Source: Octopus vulgaris (taxonomy: Eukaryota). From it: a stretch of DNA of 64,000 nucleotides. Positions within the stretch are counted from its first letter, which is position 1; every line of letters starts with the position of its first letter. Below are positions 28,097 through 41,939 of the stretch, piece after piece. The stretch lies in NCBI GenBank assembly GCA_951406725.2, contig OX597824.1:58590001-58654000 (forward strand), in the 5' to 3' direction. A program made the translations under genes and the position numbers. Below the pieces are notes generated by a model. It was not told the origin of the DNA. It saw nothing but the letters and a program-made list of their open reading frames with translations, and ran no database searches.

Positions 28097-28975
28097 GTAC
28101 AAGATACATTTTAGAAGTTTTTAGACTTTTTCAGGTGAGACATTAATTTCAGAAAAGTACAACTAGAACCCTCTGACTTCAGTGCCCTTGTTGTAGTGCT
28201 CAAAACTCTTTGTGAGTGTCTTATGGAATTCTTCCAAAGTAAAGGTGACCAAGACCCTTGTCACAACTTCTTTCATTTTCAAAACGACTGCCTCTGAATT
28301 TTTCCTTCTGCTTGGGGTACAACCAAAAGTCAGAGGAGCAAGATCTGGATTATAAGGAGAGTGAAGGAGAGTTTTGATGCTCATTTCTATCAAGTAGTTG
28401 ATTACAAGAATGCTCATCAATGAGCACCTTGATTACAAGTTTTGCACAAATTTTGGATGTGTTCAGATCTTGAATAATTCTGTGTACATTGCCACATCAA
28501 CTCCAAACTGCACTTACTTTCTTTACAAACACTTGACGGTCTTCATTAAAAAAATGCGAATTATCTCAACCAGATCTAATGTCTTGATATCCCTCTCTCT
28601 CCTACACGTCTAATCGTCTCTCACCTTCTCTCTAACTTAAACCGCTTGTATCAGTGAAATAGTCAATCTGTAAGTTGCTTGAAGCATTTCATAAGTATTT
28701 GTATCGTTTTTGCTAAGTTTAACGCAAAATGCTTTGCACAGACAGCTTCCAAACCTCCCAAATACATTCCGAAAATTAGTCAGCTTTGACAAGCTGTGTT
28801 TAGTAATATGTGTTCAAAGTGCTGTTACAGTCGTCCCCTTCAATCTGAGCTAACAAGAGTTGGCAATTCAGCGTAGTAGATGTATAGCCATGATAAACTC
28901 AAATTACAGTAATTTAGAACTGTTATAACTGCCTCTCATGAAAATAGCTTAAACTTTCTAGCCTGCACTTAGTAT
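28097..28975 (-). mobile_element. Mariner-like transposon relic
   Basis: LLHSPYNPDLAP (variant of the YSPDLAP motif) in ORF 28163-28420. The ends lie in TA context. Confidence 0.7.
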
Positions 28976-29484
28976 ATATATGTGGAGGTACATGGTTTAG
29001 TGGATATGGTGCTCCACACTAGATTGTTAGATGGTGGCTTCGATCCCTAGATCTGAGAATGCGCTGTGTTCTTTAACAAAGCACTTAATTTCACGTTGCT
29101 CCCGTTCAATCAGGTGACAAAAATGAAAAATTCTGGTCGGACCGGCGTCACGTCTAAAGTGGGGAAGATATACGCCACAAACTCCGGGAAACCGGCCTTA
29201 TGAATCTGTGACCCGGGAAGGAATTTATAAATTGCATAATGCAAATTATATGATCAAAACTTATGTCAAACTCTCAGAGATGGCTAGCGACTTTCGATGC
29301 CCACCTCAGGTCAGTTTTTCAAACCAGTAATTTTAGGTGTGATGACGATTTGACATAAGTATTAAATATATGATCTGCATAATGTAACAAATAATCATCT
29401 TATGTTAATGAAATATACATAAGATGGTATGAATAAATATCTCTCCTGTTTTATTTTGTATGATTGTGTATATATATATATATG

Positions 29485-29542
<58 letters not shown>

Positions 29543-29778
29543 GTTTTTGTACATTTTTAAATATGAGAACTTTTATAATAGGTTTTTATATTCAATTGTT
29601 TATAGGGTTTATTTTAGATTATTTTAGATTATATATTGATTATATATAGATTATATATAGATTATATATAGATTATATTTTTATTTTTTTACATTCTTTC
29701 ATTGATAATTTTATTGTTTTAATATTTGAAATTATTTTAAATTATATTTTAAAATATTGCTATTTTTAGATCGAAAAT

Positions 29779-29821
29779 CCACCTGAAGATTGTCGGAGCA
29801 GACATGAAACATTTGTAGTGG
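29779..29821 (+). ncRNA. Minimal type-I hammerhead ribozyme (same family as 25421)
   Basis: CCAC-CUGAAGA-UUGUC-ggagca-GACAU-GAAA-C-AUUU-G-UA|GUGG. 29768-29905 is homologous to 25410-25550, and the insert at about 29538-29906 is flanked by (TA)n. Confidence 0.8.
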
Positions 29822-29902
29822 CGGTTTATTTAATTTATATTAAAATTTTATGTATTGATTAAGTCTTTCCTTGTTTGGTTTTAAAATAGTGGTTTTGTCT
29901 CG

Positions 29903-29936
<34 letters not shown>

Positions 29937-30465
29937 TAGAATTGACTACACGTGAGTCAGCGGGGAAGTCTGAGTTTCCCAGCAACGGAGTTTTGTTTCG
30001 TGTTTTTTTTTCCATGTTAATTCGCATGCTTTCAACGAATGTGACATCGAAATCACGCGTAAACGGCTCCTTACTCCAGAATAGGAAAGATTTGGCTGCT
30101 ATTTCTTGCACGACCTGCTACCACGTAACGAGTATCTCCGATCTTTTATCGCAAATAGTTGTTACGTGGTGGCAGGGTCTGCTAGAAATAGCAGCCAAAT
30201 CTTTGACGGTGAGATACGTTGAATGCACTGGAAAGAAATATATGGAAAAAAAAACTATTTCACACCGAGGTTACGAACCGGTCTTTTACGAAATATTTAC
30301 CGTATTTTTTAAGTAATTTTCACTTTAAAATATTTTGCCCATTATAATGTGTCTAATGGAAAGGTTAAGGCTTCTTCCCTTTCAAGGTTAGGTTATTTTC
30401 GGAGTATTTTCCCATTATGCGCCAGTTTTGAACCTCACTTTAAATGTATTATATATATATATATG

Positions 30466-30630
30466 CGCAGGGGTGGCTATGTGGTAAAAAAAGCTTACTT
30501 CCCAACCACATGCTTCCGGGTTCAGTCCCGCTACGTGGCATCTTAAGCAAGATTCAGTGAAATAGTCAGTCCCGGGCCGACCTAAGCCTTGTGAGTGAAT
30601 TTGGTAGCCGGAAACTGAATGAAACCCGTC

Positions 30631-30703
<73 letters not shown>

Positions 30704-30895
30704 TTTGTGTGTCTGCGTTTGTCCCCGCCCCATCGCTTGACAACCGATGTTGGTGTGTGTATGTCTTCGCAACTTACAAGAGTTCGGTAGCATCTGTAGT
30801 AGACTTACAAAGAATAAGTCGATTTGTTCGACTAAAGGCGGTACTCCAGCGTGGCCAAAGTCAAATAACTGAAACAAGTAAAAGAATAAAAAGTA
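30466..30895 (+). mobile_element. tRNA-like SINE, family A
   Basis: Homologous to 21488-21903 in the opposite orientation. Confidence 0.85.
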
Positions 30896-31254
30896 GAAAA
30901 TATATATATTGATATATATATCTAGGTATATATACACGGTCGTGCACACACAAGCACACACATAGATACATATATATGCATATATAGTAACTCTTTAGTT
31001 CAGCAGCAACTGAAGAAGTGATTTGTGGTCTAAATTTCTAGATCCTTTTTATAGTAACTTCGGGTAAATATACCCCTAATTTCTCTTAGTGTTATTGCTG
31101 AAAATCATTCTTCCCGATAAGGTAATTCATTTACACGTCGAGTTATAGGATTGACTACTGTTGCTACGCTGTGCACTCTCAGTGATAAAATATCTTGCTT
31201 TAAATGAACTACATTCAACTACTTTATGTATATATGTGTGCGCGTATGTTTATA

Positions 31255-31310
<56 letters not shown>

Positions 31311-31760
31311 AATACACACACATATGCATATATATACGCATACATGTGTATTTATGTATATACATACACGTATACATATATTCATATATATATTTACATA
31401 TATACATATATCTGTGTGTGTACAGTTATGCATGTTTCCATCTTCACTAACCCGCCCCACGCACAGAACAGCATTCCCTTTCGTCTTTGGTGACTAACCC
31501 TCATGTTCTCAATAATATACTCGCTATCTATTCCTCTTTCGCTTTCTTTTTATGCTACTCTACTGATGAAAGAACGAATGTCCAAAACGTTAAGACATTA
31601 TCCCAATGATGCATGAACTAATACGATCCTATTAGTCAAACTTTGTTTTTTCTGTGTTATGTTTCTTGTCATTACACTACACATGTTTGTATACACACAC
31701 ACATACATACACGCATGTATATATATATTTGGATGTATATTCTTTTATATACATAAATGC

Positions 31761-31813
<53 letters not shown>

Positions 31814-32769
31814 TACATATACATATATGCATACACATACATACACACACGTACAATACACACCTCATATAACTGAATCTGCGTGAGTCATATACATTTC
31901 ATGTTTTCGAAGATTTGTTGAACTACATATCTTCATGTCTAGACATTTTCTAATGCAACGGTCATAAGACTTTCATCGTGTTGCGTCTGATGTTTTTGAT
32001 TTTGTTCTTTATATTGATGCAGTAGTAGTTGTTGTTGTTTTTGCTATTGCTCTCGTTGAGGATGTTGGCGTTGGTTTGAATGTCGTTGCTGTTGATGATG
32101 TTGTTGTTTTTGTTGTTTATTTTTGTCAATTTCTCAACTGTTTCATTTAATTTTTGAAAAGATTAAATGAAACTTAATTTAACTTTCTTAAAGCCAACGG
32201 CGTCAACAAAAACAGCAACAACAACAAGACATCAACACGAACAACAACATCAACAACAGCAACAACAACAATGACGACAGCAGTAACAGCAGCAACAGCA
32301 ACAGCAACAAACAATAGTAACACTTACAACCAAAAGAGACAACAACAATAACAGCAACAACGGCATCAACCAAAACAACAGTTACAACAACAACTGCAGC
32401 AGTAGCAACATTAGTAACAATAACAACCACATCAAACAACTGCAGCAACGTCAGCAGCAACAACATATACCACTACAACAACAATCTACTGGAACTAAAT
32501 TTAGTTTGCCAAATCCAAATTATATTTCAGTTTTTGTGAAATTTACTAGTTATTTTATATTTATTAGTTTCTTATAATTTTTCTTTCTTAAACACATTTA
32601 ATGATTTATTTTACGTTTCAACACTAAATGTTATTGGAGTAAGAGGGGAAAGGGAGGAGGATGTGAAGAAGAAGAAGAACAACAACAACAACAGCAACAA
32701 GAGGAGGACGACGACGACGAATGATGAGGTCATAGAGAATATGAAAGAGAAGGGGCGAAGGAAGAGAAA

Positions 32770-32811
<42 letters not shown>

Positions 32812-33337
32812 AAGAAGAAGAAGAAGAAGAAGAAGAAGAAGATGAGAAGGACAAGGAGAAGAAAAAGGTGTGGTGAAGATAAACGAGAAGAAGAAAATTG
32901 TATATAAAATACAGCCCAATGTATAACTGATGAATATTTTATTCCTCGACCCTAGATAGACAAATGATAATGCTAACCTTAACAGATTTTGAATTTGGAA
33001 CAAGAAAACGCCAACATTTTATACGACGAACAATCAAATCTTAGCGTCGTTGTTGGATAATGGCGATGGACGTTTCTTATATAGGGGAAGGACAGTAATT
33101 CATAGGAAGGGGCTTGTTTAGCCGATTATATAAATCCCGGTATTTGACAGTTATTTCATTTTATCGACATCAGAAAGAGGGAAAGCAAAATTGAGCTGAG
33201 TGTGATTTGAACTCAGCGCTTAACCGGCTCTCCACCGATTCTCAAGTTGGTCAATAGTACTAATTGTTTCTAACATAGGCTCAAGATCAGAAATTTGTGG
33301 GGAGAGATTTAGTTGGTTACACCAACCTCCAGTATTT

Positions 33338-33620
33338 CTCTTGCTTGCTTGCCTGTTTGCTTGTTTGTTTGCTTGCTTCATGCTGTTACTTGATGGGGCT
33401 GGGGGTCTTCCTAGGTTAGAGATCTCAGAGACGTCATCATGCGTGGAGCCGACCAGATCCACTAATACTCTCCATCGCAGGCGGTACCATGCCAGCCCCT
33501 CTTCGTCTTTCAAGGTGACATCGTGCCCCGAGAGATCCTTTCCAATCACGTCCAGCTGTCTGATGTGGGGCCTGTCACGAGGCTTCTTCCAGCCCAGAGC
33601 TGCTGTGCCAAATGAGAGTA
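33338..33620 (-). mobile_element. RTE-like LINE 3' end with a (CAAG/CAAA)n tail
   Basis: GWKKPRDRPHIRQLDVIGKDL..AWYRLRWRVLV is an RTE-type C-terminus. It is followed by a short tandem-repeat tail. Confidence 0.6.
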
Positions 33621-34188
33621 AAGCCCTGGTTGAATCATGTAGCGGGAGACAGAGGATATTTTTTTTATCAATCCCAGATGAATGAAAGGTAAAGTTGTCT
33701 ACGATTGGATTTGATCTCGTCTCAGAACGTAGAGGACTGCTATTAAATACCTTAATTAAATTTCGTACGACACTCCACAGATTCTACCATCAACATCCTT
33801 GATCAATAATAGTATCTAATATAGACAGAAGACTTTAAATTTGGCGGAGGGATTAACCTGTGCCCTTGACTCCAGCCCAGTTCTTGAGTGTTACATTTAA
33901 CAACACCGAAAGAATGAAACGCAACTGACTTTAGTGACAACTGAAATCAGAATGTAAAAAAGTGTAACTCAATTCATCACGATATTTTGTACGACACTCT
34001 AGCAGCTTTTCCCGATTAACACTATGCTTAAAAATGTTGCCACTCTGCTGCTCTTGCCAAAATGTAAACCTTTCCGGTTAGGGATTTCCGGTGTAAACTT
34101 CAAATCTGTTTTGTTATACAAATTCTATTCCATTTACCTTACGGAAATTATTTACAGAGCTTTATTTTGGCATTCTAAAATTCAATCA

Positions 34189-34257
<69 letters not shown>

Positions 34258-34294
34258 CTTATCTACCTACCTACCTACCTACCTACCTATCTAC

Positions 34295-34413
<119 letters not shown>

Positions 34414-35424
34414 CTATCTATATTTCTATCTGTGTGTGACTGTCTGTCCATCTGTTTCTCTCGCTCTTATTCTCACCCTCTCTCTCTCTCTATCTCTCTT
34501 TCTCCGTTCCTCTTGTGCATTTCTGTCTATTACTATTTCTCTTCATCTTTCTTCACTACTTCTTCATGAAACATTTTTCCTCATATTTACCATATTACCT
34601 TACCTCATCAATTCTTCATTTTACCTTTTTCTCCATTTCTTCTCTTATTTTTCTGTTTCACTTTATATTATTATCATTGAAACCTTTTCTTTTTCTTTTT
34701 GATGTTTTTGACGCGAACCAATATTTGAAGTCATCAAAATATGATGCGTTTCTTGTTGACCTCACTGTCAACTATTCTGGACGGTTTGCCATGAATATCA
34801 CGAGACATTTGACCTCTCACCGAATGATTTGTAGCCAGCCATATATTTTGTAGCTGTTGGCCAAATGGTCAGTTGGTCAGATCTATCTTTGGCAAGATTG
34901 ACAACTAATCACATCCACTTAATCTTGTAAAGACATTGATATTTGTACACATTTTTTCACAGAAGATTCATGTTTCTGTTAAGTTATGTCTGAAAAGTAA
35001 TAGTTTCTTTGTATTCGTTACTCAACGTAGTACAAATGCCGTTTACAAAATCTGTATGAGATGCACGGTAAGTAACGAAACCGTTGTACAGCCATGCGTT
35101 CCGTGTCTAAGCATTACTGACTTGTGGAATTATGCTGATAAATTAAGGTTCCAGTCAATTATTAGGATAGATGGTATTGATTAATACTGTCCACTCAAAA
35201 TTTCTTGTTAAATCAGTTAGCTCGCCGGACACAGGGCTTAGCGGCATTTCTGATGGCATTTTATGTTCAGGGTTCAAAATCTGTTGAGGTCGACTTTGCT
35301 GTCATCTTTCGGAGGTTCATAAAATAAGTACCAGTTGAGCACTGGGGTCTATGTAATCGACTTGTTCCCTCGCTACAAATTTCAGGCCTTGTGCCTTTAA
35401 AAGAAAGGATTATTATTAATATTA

Positions 35425-35900
35425 TTATTGAGTGACAGAGCAGTGCATGCTGTCAAAGTGACACTGGGGTATGAATATACGAAGCCCATATACCAGCATG
35501 ACTACCGGCATTTGTACACCAGGCATCACAACCAGGCATCACCGGCATCACAACCACATGTGCGCAACATGATGATTCCATACCAAGATAAACACCATAT
35601 GACCTTACAGGTGCGGCTCAGTTAAATTTTCTTCGGGTCGAGTAGCCCATCCTACTCAAATCCCTGAATAAGGTTTGTTTTTAAGGATCACCTTCTGAGG
35701 TTAATTATTCAAACTCCTTTCAACACACAGCTATGATGCTCCCCCACTACTTCTGCTCGTGATCTGAGATGCGCATATCGTCAACCACTAAGGGACATGC
35801 TCAACTGGTTATGGTCAAACAACTGACCAGCAAATCTGTGGTATTGAGCAGAATATTTGCTGTAGCCTATCTTTTCAGCCAATAAGTGACATGCTCAACT
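35425..35900 (-). mobile_element. Family C AAT-tailed repeat (a further copy at about 36385-36800)
   Basis: Reverse complement of 705-1262. Confidence 0.75.
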
Positions 35901-35928
35901 GATTATTATTATTATCATCATTATTATT

Positions 35929-35979
<51 letters not shown>

Positions 35980-36829
35980 CTGGTGGGTGGTGGTGGTGGT
36001 GGTGGTGGTGTTAGTAGTAACAGTAGTAGTAGTTGTTGTTGTTGCTGTTATGTACTTTTAATCTGCATGTTTGTTACAATCACTCGCCAAGATACACCCA
36101 GTGTCCGAGGGCTAGTGAAGGATAAGAGGTGTTGCAATATGGCACAAGGCTTGAAATTTGTAGCGAGGGAACAAGTCGATTACATAAACCCCAGTGCTCA
36201 ACTGGTACTTATTTTATGGACCTCCGAAAGATGAAAGTTTGGGGAGGGGATGTGGTAGGGGTAGTAGCAAAACATCTTCATGTAATACAACACGGGCGTT
36301 TAAACTGATAGGGTTTTTCTAAGGATGTGTGCAGTACTTGTCAGCACAATCTTTTGGATTTCTCTGACAACATGGTTCTGAGAAAGTAGCTCATGCCGTC
36401 AAAGTGACACTAGGGTACAAGTATACGAAGTTCAATATACCCATCATGACTACCCGTCTGATAGTACCCCAGGCACCTGCATCACAACCATATGTGCGCG
36501 ACATGGTGATCTTATATCAAAATAAACAGCGCATGACCTCGCAGGTGGGGGTCCAGTCAGACTTTTCTTCAAGTCGAGTATCTCATTCCCGTCAAAGGGT
36601 CCTTGAATATGGTTTGTTTAAGGATAATGAATGAAATACTCGTGTTTCACACTCTAAATAATTCATCTCAACACATGCCTATCATACTCCCCCACTACTC
36701 CTGCTCATGATCAGAGATGCACATATCGTCTGCCATTTAGGGATATTCTCAACTGGTTACAGTCAAACAACTGTCAAACAAACCTGTTGTATTGAGCATA
36801 TGATTGTGGAATTTTTGCCCTGGCGTATG

Positions 36830-38911
36830 CATTTGAACTGGTCATTGGAAACGCTCCAGAGAAGTTTCTATTTGATCAGTCAAAACTGCGAGCACATTTA
36901 AGATTTTTGCCTCGAAAACAATAAATTTGTTCCTTTCCCGAAAGTAAAGGTTTTTCAAATGTTTACAAAAACCACAGAAGTCACTCACTTTCTATCACCC
37001 ACCGAGAAATGGATTACCCCTAGAAAGACAACAAAAATTATAATTTTTCGAATAAACATTCAGAACAAATTTTATCACCCAATAGGTTCCGTGTTTTAAG
37101 TGAAGATTTCGAGCAAAGCCCAAACAGTAGTTAGGATTCTAATGAGAAAAAGATTCTGAAAACCACTTGCCCGAGAAAAAACCATCATACTAGAGAATAA
37201 GTCGGTTATCTAAATTTATCTAAACTAAAACTTTCACCCGACGATGTCTCAGTCTTAGAGCTTGGACTGTGTTTTTGCCCAAGCACTAAGAATTTCGACA
37301 AGAATAAACTAGCTCAAGGGCTATTTCAGTTTGTCCGGCGTCACAAGCTGAAAGAATATTTTTTTGAAAAAACTTGTAACGAGGAGTCAGAAAACCCTAT
37401 GCTTACAAAAAATAAAAATGATGATGATCAAATCTGGCATAATTGGATTGAAAATAATCCCAATTGGTATCCAGATAAACTTCGGGATGGACGTTCACAA
37501 GCACTACTGGGATTTCTTGAATCTTGTCAGGCAGGCATTAGAGAAAGTCTTAAAACAAATGGAAAGAAATCCTAGAACAACCTTACAAATTCCCAACGTT
37601 ACGCACTCCGACGTCTAGCTAATAACGAGTCTATTGTTATTAAAACGGCGGATAAGGGAGGCGCTATCGTAATTATGGACAAGGGTAAGTATATTTCGAC
37701 TTGTGGAGAAGTTTTAGATGACAAAACTTCATATGAAGAATCACCTGTCGATCCACATCCCAATTACGGAATAATTCTGGAAATGGAGGAAAACAATTTC
37801 GTTAATAAGGTTGAATCTAAGATTTTAAGGTCAGAGAGAACACATGTATTTTATGGTCTCCCTAAAATACACAAAAAGTTCGAAAGATTTCCTCCAATGC
37901 GCCCAATTTGTAATGGATATGAATGTTACACGGCCAAAATTTCGGAATGGCTGGATAGTTTTCTGCTCCCCGTCGCAAAACGATCAAGTTCCTATATTCG
38001 GGATATCTTTGATTTTGTATCTAAAATCAACAACATTTTCAAGCACAGATGCCGTATAGAGAACTGTTTTTTGGTAACCATAGATGTTTCTTCTTTATAT
38101 CCCAATATTGACCACAATGAAGGGGTAGAAGCATGCATGGATGCCTTCGAAAAGCGGTCAAACAAAAGTTTTCCATAAAATTTTCTCTGTAGATTATTGA
38201 GGTTTGTGTTAGAAAGTAACACAATGAAGTTTAAACACAGATTTTACCACCAGTGAATTCCATCAGAAATCATAACAGAAGTGTTATAATTTATACAGAA
38301 GGTGGCATATGTAAAGATTCCCATTTGGTGTACGTTGCAGAATGCACGAAACACTACTTAATTTATAAACGACAGAACAATTAAACAAAAGGCACAATAA
38401 CAGTAGTTCGACAGAACTTGCTGAACATTTCGTTTCAAGCGGCTTTAATTTTGAAGAAGACTTGAAAGTGCATATTCTCAGAAAATATTCTGAATCTGCT
38501 TTACTTTCACTTCTCAGAATGTATGAGGTGAAATATGTTTGCGGGTTATTAACGTCACGCCCTGGAGGAATGAATAAGATGACAGGAGAATATCATCAAG
38601 TTTATACAAAACTGTTTGATTAAATATTCTCCTTTATCTCTTTTTCTTTCCTTTTTTCTGTCGTCTTTTTTTCTGTTTTTTTTTTCTATCTTTTCCTTTT
38701 CACCTGTTATAAAATTGTAACTTAAAAACGGATGATGTCATTCCATCAACGTGTGGACGCTGGCTGCTCTCGTTTATAATTTACGTTTAAATTTCTGTAA
38801 TTTTGAATTTTTATCATTTCTTATTTTGAACTTCACAAAGACAGACGTACTGTTGAAATAACGTTCAACTAATAAAATATCTTACAATCGAATCGTGCTC
38901 TTCGTCTTGAC

Positions 38912-38912
<1 letters not shown>
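36830..38912 (+). mobile_element. Penelope-like retroelement, internally deleted pseudo-ORF (partial RT plus GIY-YIG), ending at (TTA)n
   Basis: LNLSKLKLSPDDVSVLELGLCFCP; IVIKTADKGGAIVIMD; FYGLPKIHK..PMRPI; FLVTIDVSSLYPNI. The sequence jumps at about 38253 from FYHQ to the endonuclease region (GGICKDSHLVYVAECTKH..TELAEHF), so the YxDD motif is missing. A decayed HHR lies at 38826-38868. The 5' boundary is approximate. Confidence 0.9.
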
Positions 38913-38969
<57 letters not shown>

Positions 38970-38977
38970 GAAAAAAA

Positions 38978-39619
38978 TTGCTAAAATTTTCTTGAGAACA
39001 TTCCTTTCTTAGTGGTAAGACCATAGCGGATCTACTTCTAGCATAATGGATGTCCACGTAGTGGTCATCCCCCTTATATGTATGTAATATAATTTTTTCT
39101 GTATCTTCAGATTTTAACATACTTGACCACTGGTTTTAATTGATATTAATCAAATTAATATTCAATTATTTACCCTCATTATTTAAAATTTAAATTTAAA
39201 TAACTATCTTCTCTAACCGGCAGAATTCACTGCAGAAATTTATTTTCTGCAGAATCATATCCGTTATTTTAGCGCGCCAAAACGAAGACTTTTGAAAGAT
39301 AACCAAAAGAGTAATTGATAGAACTGTATACATGTTCAATCTCAAGCGGATGTTTTGTGTATAGTTCTGCAATCTATATTTGCAAAGACGATCACACTGA
39401 TGAGCTACGGACAACTACGTCAGTAATTACGTAAGTAGTAATAGCGAAACTAGTTTGTAATTAATCTATATTTTGTTTCTTTTTATTTGTCTTGCTCGCT
39501 TACGTTCTGGCGTTTGCTAAAATTTTCTTGAGAACATTCCTTTCTTAGTGGTAAAACCATAGCAGATCTACTTCTAGCATAATGGATGTCCACGTAGTGG
39601 TCATTCCTTTTATATGTAT
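38978..39619 (+). mobile_element. Non-coding hammerhead-bearing element: 536-nt unit with ~106-bp terminal redundancy
   Basis: 38978-39083 matches 39514-39619 with a few mismatches. An HHR lies at 39391-39461. There is no credible ORF, and the flanks are (TTA)n and (TA)/(TG) repeats. Confidence 0.8.
39391..39461 (+). ncRNA. Minimal type-I hammerhead ribozyme
   Basis: AUCACA-CUGAUGA-GCUA...UAGC-GAAA-C-UA-G-UU|UGUAAU. The stem III region AAACUAGUUU is a perfect palindrome. Confidence 0.8.
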
Positions 39620-39637
39620 ATATATATGTCTATATAG

Positions 39638-39676
<39 letters not shown>

Positions 39677-39937
39677 TGTGTGCGTCTGAGTTTATACCCC
39701 AACCATAGCTTGCAATTCGATGTTGTGTTTACGACCCAGTAACTTAGCTGTAATAACGATAGAATAAGTGCTAGGGTTACAAAGAATAATACTGGGGTGG
39801 ATTTCTTCGACTAAAGGCGATGCTCCAACATGTCCGCAATCACATGACCGAAACAAGTAAAACAATAAAAAAACTATACCATCTTAATCCCGACACAGCG
39901 CCGGGTATCTCCGTTAGTATCATATATAGTTTATATA

Positions 39938-40001
<64 letters not shown>

Positions 40002-40544
40002 TATGTGTACCTATACACACTTATGTATATATATCATAAACATAATCTTGTATTTCTTATTCACTAAATCTCTTTCTTTCACCGTTGACGTGAATTTTGC
40101 AACTTTTTGTACTGACTGCAAATACATTACGATTATTTAAAAAGCACAATGTAACTAAAATGAAATTCGTTTTGTACAACAAATCGCTACTGTAAAAATT
40201 CCCCATTTGCAAATACATATTTCCCACAAATTCATAAATGTCTTCAGATCTACCTGAGCGTCTCATTCGTGGGCTTTTCACCACTGCTTGTTCAACCATT
40301 GTTTTGTGCCTACTCTTCTAATCATTGTGTTTACACACTGTTCCAGTGATTGCCTCCCCCAAAACCTTGAAAAATATACGCTGTCCTGAAGAGCGCATAA
40401 ATGCAACTAAATCCTCATTGGTTGTAAATCTCTTGGATCAGGGCTGATCTGGGACCAGGCAGGAAGTCGCCGATATTTCTGTTTTAGATTCAGAAACAAC
40501 GTTTTGCTTGTGATAAAACATAAACCTAATATATGCTTGCTGTT

Positions 40545-40760
40545 TAAGGCGGTGAGCGGGCAGAATTGTTTGCACGTCGACAAAACTTTTACCAGTATTT
40601 CTTATGGCTGTACGCTGTGAGTTCAAATGTCGCCAGGGTCGACCTTGCCTTTCATCCTTTCAGAGCTGTTGAGATAAATACCAGTTGGCACTGGGGTCGA
40701 TGTAATAGTCTTTCTCCGTACCCCAACAATTACTGGCCTTATACCAAAATTTGAATCCAA
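40545..40760 (+). mobile_element. tRNA-like SINE, family B
   Basis: aaggcggtgagcgggcagaattg..gagttcaaatgtcgcc..gccttt catcctttc..aataccag. Homologous to 1283-1496 and 63386-63602. Confidence 0.85.
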
Positions 40761-41882
40761 TTTGTGCTTGCTATTTGTTTACCCCACCCATAAGATTGAA
40801 CAATTCAATCATCTACTACCCAAATACAATCATTTTTCAAGTCTGTGATGATTACCTGCCCTCGCCTGTTTCATGAAATGCAAATATAAAATCTTTCAGG
40901 TTAATAAGAGAGAAAATGTGAGATTTCCGTGACCTTATCAGAGGCATTTTTTTTCAACTGAAGTACTCCAGTCTGACTAAGAAAGCATACCAGCATTTCA
41001 GTTGAGGATCGTTTATTTTTCTTTCATGATGATTAACAAAGATCAAATAAAATATTGGTTTCAGTTGATATCCCAAGAGATGTGGGATGTTGTGTCAATA
41101 ATAACGACATAATTGTGTTTTAATTGCTTCAATCGGGAATATAGAGCGAGTAGCTGTTTTTAGCTCAGTTGGAACGTCTATCTACTTCACGCCACAGAAA
41201 ACAGTATCAAATGGAATATTGTGAATGTATTAGACCTAGAGGAATACTATGAGTATTAGATGTATAGCACAACAGTTGTTCTTCTAACCGTAATTCTACG
41301 TTAAACATCACGATTAAATATTTTTGAAATCTGGAAGTCATTTATTTCTTTCACTGTTAAATCTATTATTTCGATTATTCTGCTGAGATGGAAAAAAATT
41401 TAAATGAAATTGTGACTGAGTACCAATGTAGTGTTCTACTTGAACCAGTCACTCTTTATCTACATCACTGTGAGAACCCTCTAAAAAATAACATCAACAT
41501 ATTTTATTTTATTTAAATCAGTAAATCTTTGAGCTAAAGAGGTCATGAAATTAGCTGAAAGGTCGAAAAAACAAGGACAAAGTTTTGGTAACAATTACAA
41601 AATTTTCAGAAGCACACATAGCTTATAGTGCTCTGCAGACACTACAGGAGGGATATGGAACTTTCTAGAGTAGGAACAGCTTGAATAAGAATTTAGGGGT
41701 GATATAGAAGGTTATTTCGATGGATTTCATTTGAAGTGGGTTAGTAATGTCACGCTGAATTTTTTATTTATATATAAATTGAATACAATTTGTACTGAGG
41801 CAAACATGTAGAAACAATCTAAACGTTAACTTCTGTTTTAGAAATTAAATTTGTGTGATAGATGACGTCCAATGTAATATAT

Positions 41883-41939
<57 letters not shown>

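Noticed and set aside
40207-40254. Minus-strand CUGAAGA...GAAAUAUGUA hammerhead-like string
   Set aside because: Stem I is out of register and stem II is poor, so it is probably chance. A truncated CUGAAGA at 40386 lacks the GAAA half.
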